Shown piece after piece: positions 56,029-64,000 of a stretch of DNA of 64,000 bases (its first letter is position 1; each line of letters opens with the position of its first letter). This DNA comes from the human T2T-CHM13v2.0 reference genome, Homo sapiens. The notes under the pieces are model-generated. The model saw nothing but the letters and a program-made list of their open reading frames with translations, made no database searches and was not told where the DNA came from. Location: the NCBI RefSeq assembly GCF_009914755.1, contig NC_060925.1. One strand, written 5' to 3'. The position numbers and the translations under genes are program-made.

Positions 56029-58718
56029 GCTCAAGCACGCTCTTCTCTCCTGCTCTCAGATCCCTTGGTTCATTGACAGTGGGTTGGCTGGGCAGGAGGC
56101 CAGAAGTCACCTCTGCCCAGGGAACTGTATAGCCCAAGACAGGTGCTGCTCCTGGCTGCCGTGCACTAGGTCCTAAGAATGATTTCAGTCTTTTTGTCCA
56201 GAGGCCCTGAGAGGACCTTCCCCTACTAAAACTCCCCAGCTGCCTTCCATATGGGAGGTGGGAGTGGGGCAGCGCCATCTCTGGGCTTACAGAGAGGAAG
56301 GGGTGGGAGAGAGGAAGAATGAACAGGATGGTGGGAGGCAGGAACAATGCAGGCCCACTGCTTTGTGTCTCTGGGGAGAGGTTCTTTGTGGAGCTGCAGC
56401 TCACAGCTGCTCCATAGAAAGTTCTGTGGAGCCACTGGTCTCTGTACTGCATTCTAGCCAGGCACTGTTAGCCTTAGGCCCTCGGGCCTCAAGCCTGTCA
56501 CCTGCTGGTGTTTACCTTTACATGGGGTCTCCACCAGACTCTGCAAACCCTCAATAGGCTTAGACCCCCCAGATACTTTCAGCTTTGGGTCAGAAACAGG
56601 AAAGGCTGAGGAGGCCCCAGATTACTGTAAGAACTGAGAGGGACGATCTGGCTTGAGATGAAGAACAGTGTTTGACTCAGCCAGCTATGGCCCCCAGTCC
56701 TGCCACTTACTACTTAGGTGACTTTGAGTGCGTGACGGATGTGGTAAGCTCCTGGAGAACCTCTCTGAGCTTCAGTTTGCTCATCTGTAAAATGGATAAA
56801 GACAGCTACCGGACAGGGATCTTTCCAGGGTTTAAAGAAGCGTGATGCATACAATGCAGGGCACGTTATCTAGCACACGACGGACGTCCTGTGAGTGCTG
56901 GTCCCGTTTCTGTCCAGTTTTCTTGAGAACTGAGTTGCCTAGCAGCCTTAGGAGGAACCCAAGAACTAGTCTTTCTTTTGAACAGTGTTAGAACTTGGGG
57001 GGCTGGCTTAGATTTAGAGAGAGGTTACATTTCGGCCTGGGCTGGAAGGGGGTTCTCAGGAAGGCCTGAGACGCAGATGGTCCGCCAGGGCATGCGGATT
57101 GAATGAGAAACTAGAAGAAGTGCTCATCTGGGGTCTCAGCTGTAGTCCAAGCTGCTTTCAACGCATTGAAAGAGCCCCCAGTCTACCCTTCTGAGCCTCA
57201 CTTTCTTTTTCCATAAAAGGAAGAGGCTGGGCCACTTTCTGGAGAAAGCCATGCCAGACAGTGAGAAACATCTGAAGCCACAGGGCCGTGAGGCCTCCGT
57301 GGGGAGGTGCCTTTCTTGGCTCAGCGGTGACCACTGGAATGCAGCGACTGACCCTTTGCCCCTGGGTGACTTCTGAAGCCTCAAGAAGGTGAATGAGGGA
57401 TTTTGACCCCGTTTCCTCCTAACTCAGTGCCATGTGCGCTGCTTTGCTTTTCTCTGCCTGGGAACCTTCCCCACTCTGTCTGTCAGGTCACATGCTCGTG
57501 CCGCAAGGCTCATGTGCCATGTCCTCTGAAGGACGGCATCTCTGACCCATTCTGCCTGACAGGCAGCTGACCATCTGTGCCCACACTGTACCTGGTACTT
57601 AGTCCTAAAATAGAATTTATGAAGTGGAATGGATTTGCTTCTATATCTGGTTCCCTTCTTTTGACTGCACACTCTAGGGAAAAATAAAAATCCTATCTTA
57701 TTTTGACAAAGATGTATTGAGATATATTCTTGATGTATTTTCTCAAGAAAAAACCCCACAGATTAGATTGGATGGTAAAATGGTTTGAGAGAGGACTGAG
57801 GTTAGTGGTTGTCTCAGGGATGCGATCAGCGTGACCCTCTCTTTAATGCAAAGCCATGTGCTTCGCCACTCTATTTATTTCTATGGTAAAACAGGGTGGT
57901 CTTGTTACCTAGATCGATAGGCCTGGCTTCTTGGGCTCTTGGCAGATTTTCCCATTAAAGATTGCCTACAATGGGCAGCACAGGGAGAGTTTTAGTAGGC
58001 AGGGAAAGGGGTCTAGCAGGGCATGTGGATTCATCGGACCTGCCTCACAAGCAAGCTCCTAGATTTATTCTCAAGTGTTACCCTCACTAGCAAGCCTTTC
58101 CTAGCTCCTCTCCTCAAGCCACATAGCTCTTCTGTTCTGACAGTGTTCAGAGCTTAGATCTATTATGGCATATGCACTGCACTCTCTGTCTCCCCAGCTA
58201 CACTGTGGAGGGCAGGACCTGAGTCTCATTTATCTCTGCACACCTAGAATTGGCAACATGATTGGCAAATACTAATCAACAAATGCTTGCTGAATGATGA
58301 GAAAAATAAACTTCCTACATTCCCATCTCTCTGTCTGGTTCTTACATGCTTCTGGCTAGCCCCTGGCCTTTTTGCTGAGTCTTGGAGAATTTCAAAATAG
58401 TTCAACTGCCTGCCTCCAGCCACTCCAGGTTGTGCCCACAGCTCCACCGCTGTGGCTGTGTACCCTGATTCATCGCTGTGCCTACAGTGCAGAAGGACTC
58501 CTTTATTCCAACTAACATGGCTGCCCTGCGTAAAGTTAGACCAGAAGCATGGCACAGAGCCAGGAGCTGATGGACATTTTGAGATAGGGAGGGAGGAGAG
58601 AGAGATCCATGGCTGGTATCTTTGCAAATCCATGGGAAAAAGGAAAGTGTGAAAGTCTCCTCCTGACTCACGGCCCTGAGTTTTCTGGGAAAGGATTCCT
58701 GCTTCCTGAAGACCTTAC

Positions 58719-59031
58719 CTGGTGCAATGAGGGGGTGGGCAGCCACAGCAGGAACCGTCCGGCTGAGCCCAGCCCGGCCTTCCATGCTCCCTGGCACACT
58801 GCTGTTGCCATCTCCTTTCTTGTGTGGCTCCATCACACTGTCAGCTATGCCAGGCTTGGCACCTGCAGGGGAAGCCTGAGCAGTATTTCTGCTCTGTGCT
58901 GGGGTAGGCAGAGGCTGGCTACCGCCCGGCGTGGGTTTCAGGGCCAAGCTGGGCAGGACAGGCTGAGTGGGGGTGGGGCCCGAGGCTGCTGCCGCTGGTG
59001 TCTGCTGTGTTCGGAGGGTCAAGTTCTGTAC
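58719..59031 (-). CDS. PHC2: PHC2 exon (313 nt; VQNLTLRTQQTP...AAHPLIAP)
   Basis: tccAG/GTAAG boundaries; contained in ORF 58402..59091; phase 0-1. Confidence 0.94.
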
Positions 59032-60138
59032 CTGGAAAAGAGGGGTCTGTGGGAGTCCAGAGAATGTGGCAGGAGCAATGCCAGTATACAACTAAGAGGG
59101 AGAGAGGGATGGATCCAGGAATGGCTGAATAGAACAGGAGGTTGTCAAATCAGAGAGAGAGAATGTGTTAGGGGCTAGAAGAGGAACCAGAAGCACGTGG
59201 AGTTGCTAAAGTAGGCCAGAGGGTTCGCTGTGACTGCATCCAGCAGCAGAAGAGGCTGAGTTCTGAGAAGGACCTGCTGCCCAGCTGGGCGGGCAGGGGT
59301 GGGGAGGCCAGGCTCTGTCCCTTCTGTTGCCCTCCCTCCTCCCCAACACTTTCAGGATTGGATGCACACCACCCAGAAATAATTCCCAGTGAGGGGGAGC
59401 ATGGGGCTTCCCACACTGGAAAAGGCCAGGGCAAAAGTGGAAGTTAACTGACCAGGAAGGCCACCGGGCAAATATCTTGTCTCAGAATAAGGTTGCCACC
59501 GGCTCTTCCAAGACGGCCGGCATGCTTACTCAGCCCGGTCCCTGGCGCCCTCTGCTGGACACAGGGAGGCTGTGCCAGACTCTGAAAATCCGGCTACCAG
59601 CCCTGTCCCATCACCCTCCCCATTCCGTAGATGAGGATGGGGAGATGCGAGTGCTAGGGGTTCCTTCCCCGGCTGCCCACAGAATCTTCCCAGCCACGGT
59701 AGTATCTGTGCGCTCCTAGCAGAGCAGGACACGTCTCTGCTCCCTCTTACATGTCATTTTTCTCGAGTCCTAGCAGCACTACCGTGTGTAACCGGAGCGG
59801 GACTTTCCACTTATGAAGCAGCAGCAGCCAGACCAGCTATGCTGGGGCAGGTGTAAAGTATGGAGGGTAGCACAGCCCACCCCTCCCTGGCAAATCATGC
59901 TGGCCTCAGCAGGCTGCCCTCTGGCTCCTGACCTGTGTTTGAGGGAACGAAACAGAGCCAGGAGGGACTGAGGCCTTCTGGAACAGGGTAGACGCGCAGG
60001 CCTGGGGGCATTGGGGTGTCCTGTCTCCCGCCTGCTTTCCTAGCTGATCCCGGCCTCTCCTTGTGCCCCTCCCCAGTATCAGTGCCCCTCTACAGGGGTG
60101 CCCACCCCCCTGCCCTCCCACAAGCATGGAGTCCTCAC

Positions 60139-60225
60139 CTGGGCGGGGGTGGGGGGCCGGGCGGGGGAGCCAGTGCCGAGCTCAGGCTGCACAGTAGCGA
60201 CGGTGGCCGTGGGCGTGAAGATGAG
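60139..60225 (-). CDS. PHC2: PHC2 exon (87 nt; LIFTPTATVATVQPELGTGSPARPPTPAQ)
   Basis: ctcAG/GTGAG boundaries; phase 0-0; LIFTP motif conserved in PHC paralogs. Confidence 0.93.
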
Positions 60226-62023
60226 CTGAGGGGACAAAGGAACAGTGCCGCCTAGGCTCCTAGCTACCTGCACCAGGTTACCTGGCTGGGCCTGGAATCA
60301 CAGGAAACGAGGCGCCTTTTACCTGCTCGATGTGGACTCAGCCACAGGACACAACTGTTTAGCCCAGGAGCGGCTATGAGGAAGGGCAGGACAGTAGAAG
60401 CAGAAAGGAAGGGGGAGTCCAAGGGGAGCGCCTGCCTTTCTCTAGAGGCTCGTTGCATCCTGACCCAGGCTGGGTGCAGGGGTGGGTGGGGAGAGCCGCT
60501 CTGGGGCTACACCAAAGCCGAGTTCCCTTCAGAACCCTCTGTGAGGGGCTCATCCTAGAGGAGACCGATATCCCCAGGATACGCTGAAGCCACCACCTCC
60601 TTAGCGTCCTGGGAAGCGAGATGGATGCCCTAGGACCACCTTCCAGGTCTAACCCACTGCTGAACCCAGGGCTGAGCCAAGATGAGACTGCCCTCCAGGG
60701 GATCAAGTTCGATGTATCCTTTTGGTCATTTTCTAGTCAAAGTTAGATTCAGAGGGGCCTAGAGACAACAACAGCAGAGGAAGCGGACCGCCTGGAGCCG
60801 TCCTCATGTCTGAATCCCATCCTGCAGGGTGCAGGATCCATGGTGTTCTCTGCATGACACCTCGACCTCCGTGGGAGTCTAGCTCTGCATCAGTGTGGAT
60901 GTGCTGGTGCCTTGACAGGGTGCTTTCCCTAGAACTCTGCGATAGCGCAGCTGTGCTTTTTCCTCTGTGGGTGTATGCCCTGCTCTGGGGAGGGAGGCAG
61001 ACAGGCAGGCATCACGACCCCAGTGGAGTAGGACATAGGGACAAGCAACCTGCAGACACAGTCAGCTTTGGGCAGCAGCATCACAGTGTGGCTGTCCAGT
61101 TCCCGAGGAGATGGAAGTCTATTTCATGCCTTGTGTCTAAGAGGCTGTTCCCTGGGGATAGAGATGCGCCTCAAATGATGAACTCAGAGCCAAGAACAAA
61201 TGTGCGGGAGCAAGACCAGACAAGCTCCGAGGGTCACGTCCTGGCCATAAGAGCAAAGGGAGGGGTGGGACTGTGTTACTTTCGGGATAGTGTGTCAAGA
61301 GCCCGAAGGAGCAGACTTCAGAATGGGAGGTATGAGACACGACCCACAGTGACTGAGCCCTAGCTGGGGCTGCATGCTACTGCCACCCAGGGAGTATGCT
61401 GCCATTTTCCCAGGGCATTCTCCTAAATCTTAGGGACCTGGTAGGCTCCTAAGGACCTTTGCACCCCTCAGGGATAGGTGCAAAGGAAAGAGTTGGTGCT
61501 ATCCTGAGTATATCCTGCCCAAACAAGCTCACCTGACCCTGATTAGAATGGGGGCCGCTGGGAGGGCAATGGAGGCACGCTGAAGCTGGAAAGCATCTTT
61601 GGCCCTTGAGTTAGAGGTGGCCAGTCCTTGTAAGGATGGTGGGAAGGGGAAGACTCCATTTCTGTCAAGTATATGGATGTCTGGGTGTCCAGGACCACCT
61701 GGGCATGAACCACTCTGCCCATCCTGATTAATTTTGAGGAGTTTCTGATAAGGGGACACTTCTGTTTCACTCTAGGAGGAGAAGGAAAGGTGGCATCGCA
61801 GGAACTTTCTCTGTTTCAGTCTGGAGCCCCACCCTTCATGACTCTTCGAGGCTGTACCAAAGCTCCCACTCAGCCTTCCAGGCCCCCTTCTTTATCCCAC
61901 CCCTTATCTCCTGCCCCTGCCCCTAGTGCTTCCTCCCCACCCTTCTCCAGCTCCCAGCTCCCAGCTTCTCTGCCTCTGTCCTCCTGGTGCCTCTGAGCCA
62001 TGGCCCTGGCCATGGGTACTCAC

Positions 62024-62188
62024 CATCTGTGCCCTCAGATACATCTGTGCTTGGCTTGCAGTCAGGGCTGGGGAAGACGTGTTGCCCAAGAGCACAGCCT
62101 GCTGAGCGATGCCTGAGGCTGCTGCAGAGTTCACACTCTGGGCCCGGTTGAGGAGCTGGGCTGCTGCTGGGGAGGCTGCCAGGTTGAT
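62024..62188 (-). CDS. PHC2: PHC2 exon (165 nt; INLAASPAAAQLLNRAQSVNS...SQAQMYLRAQM)
   Basis: attAG/GTGAGT boundaries; PHC-family motif SQAQMYLR. Confidence 0.95.
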
Positions 62189-62619
62189 CTAATGAGAGAG
62201 ACATGTGCGGTAGGAGATAGGAGGTTCTGTTGGTGAGCTGTGTCCCCCTCATCCATTTCTTTCTCCCCCCTCTTTTGCTCCTTGGTTTATTCAGCCTCCT
62301 TCAGGAACGTCTGTGGTCCTTGGCTTTGGAGCAATCCCCCAGCCCTGTCCCATCTCTGACCTTGGTGCAGAGCTGCAGGGGGATCCCATGTTGAGAGAAC
62401 TGAGCTATCCACAGAGAGCCCTGACACTGGGAGGATGACAGGGAGTTACTAACCTAAAGGTCAGTAAGAGACATGCCCTTTTCTTTTTCTTCCCGGTAAG
62501 GGCAATAGATTCCAGCCATGATGCTACATGGCCACGGATTCACCACAACTGGGTCTGGGAACTTGGGCATTTTGGTCCTGGGGCTGTGGACTCTGCTGCT
62601 GCTCCCCCATTCTACTCAC

Positions 62620-62697
62620 CGAAGATGACTGGGCCGGGGCCTGCGCAGACACATTGCTGCCTGAAGTGCTTCCTTGTCTATTGGATACCAGGCTTGC
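62620..62697 (-). CDS. PHC2: PHC2 exon (78 nt; ASLVSNRQGSTSGSNVSAQAPAQSSS)
   Basis: cctAG/GTGAGT boundaries; phase 0-0; too short for the ORF track. Confidence 0.9.
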
Positions 62698-62985
62698 CTA
62701 GGAAAGAACAAACTCCTCTTGCTAGAGTCCCAGACCTCCCCCAGTCACTCCTGGGCTCTCATCATCCACAGGAGGTGCTGCAGGCTGGTGTTAAGGACAA
62801 CAGCCTCTGGAGGTCAGCCCCCAACCTGCCTCTATGTGGCCCACAGCAAGTATCCCGCCTCCTCTGTGAATAGGTGAGGATGCTAACAGTACCTGCCTGA
62901 TAGGATTGCTGAGAGGACTGAATAAGGCAAGGCATTGCCACTGACAACTATTAGGCCACCGCCTTCGGTGTGTGGAGCCCTCCAC

Positions 62986-63145
62986 TCCACCACTATCACA
63001 CCCGGCCACCACCATCACACCCAGCCACCACCATCACACCTGGCCACCACCATCACACCCAGCCACCACCATCACACCTGGCCACCGCCATCACACCCGG
63101 CCACCGCCATCACACTTGGCCACTGCCATCACACCCAGCCACCGC
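62986..63145. repeat. 19-bp minisatellite (CCCGGCCACCACCATCACA) x ~8
   Basis: 19-nt periodicity with variant units. Confidence 0.92.
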
Positions 63146-63885
63146 CCCCCACAGAGAATTTGCAGACATGAGCTGGAGTGTCCAAACTGCCCTTCTCCCC
63201 ATGGCCGGCTTCTCATCCTTCAAGTGTCAGCTCCAGTGTTACTCCAACAGACAGGCTTTTCCTGACCATGCAATGCAAGGCCGTCTACCTTGCCCTTCAG
63301 TCAGAACAATCTGTTCTTCTCTTTCATGGAGCTTATTGTAACTTAGAGATTTAAATATTTTGTTTCCTTGGCTATTCTGGTTCCTGTTTACTTGCTGTCT
63401 CCTATTGTAAGTGCCAAGAAGACAGGGTGCTCAGTATACCCAGTGCTTGATACAAACTTTGCATGCAGAAGGTACATAAAATGTTTTTCTGAATGGATAA
63501 ATGAATGTGTTCTTCTCAGCTAAGGAGGAGAGAGAGCAACAATGGGCAGACAAGCTAAACAGGCAGTGCCCTTCGTTCACGAACGCTTCCCTGGAACCCA
63601 CAGTCCTTTCCCTAGACCTGCGGTAAGGTGGTTAGGAGAGGGGCTCCCCGGCACTTCTTCCATGGGCTAGCATTCCGCCGCTATAGTCACTAGCTGCATG
63701 ACCCTGGGCTCTGTCCTTCATCTGCCAAAAGGAGATAATGACAGTAGTGCTCGTGTCACAAGGACTTCTTTAGGTTGCAGGTAAGAGAAGGATGTGAAGC
63801 GCAGGTGCGGTGCCTGCTTCCTCTCCCTTTTGCTTCCACAACCAGGATGCCTGGCACCAGCCTCAAGGTCCTTCCCAAGTCTCAC

Positions 63886-64000
63886 CTGCTGTACGGCTGC
63901 CAGGCTCTGGAGCTGGGCGCTGCTGAGGTGCTGCTGCTGGAGCGCCGCGGTCTGCAGCATGAGGTGCTGCTGCTGGGCGGCGTACATCTGCTGCAGGTAC
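63886..64000 (-). CDS. PHC2: PHC2 exon, partial (YLQQMYAAQQQHLMLQTAALQQQHLSSAQLQSLAAVQQ); continues beyond the window
   Basis: Conserved PHC N-terminal motif; donor CAG|GTGAGA. Confidence 0.93.

Overview
Primate (most likely human, 1p35.1) genomic DNA with two spliced genes in tandem on the minus strand. (1) Most of PHC2 (polyhomeotic homolog 2, a PRC1 subunit): 13 coding exons with GT-AG boundaries and consistent phases, covering the Q-rich N-terminal region (runs off the right edge), HD1, the FCS zinc finger and the SAM domain, plus the 3'UTR/poly(A) signal. An intragenic CpG-island promoter (~40.8-42.2 kb) gives a 323-aa short isoform. (2) Exons 1-4 of A3GALT2 (iGb3 synthase-like, GT6 family); the catalytic last exon lies left of the window. 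Also present: mirtron-like MIR3605, a tailless 7SK retrocopy, two SVA insertions, about 13 Alus, a MaLR (MLT1-type) LTR-int-LTR element, Tigger4a/MER58 DNA transposon relics, L2/MIR relics and tandem repeats. Most ORFs in the supplied track are spurious. The most unusual signal not explained by these features is a cluster of six short-range templated duplications: 37-400 bp copied from 0.05-2.6 kb away, one inverted, two with slipped A-rich junctions and one bracketing A3GALT2 exon 1. No new protein-coding system is supported. Gene, isoform and repeat-family names come from recognition, not from a database search.
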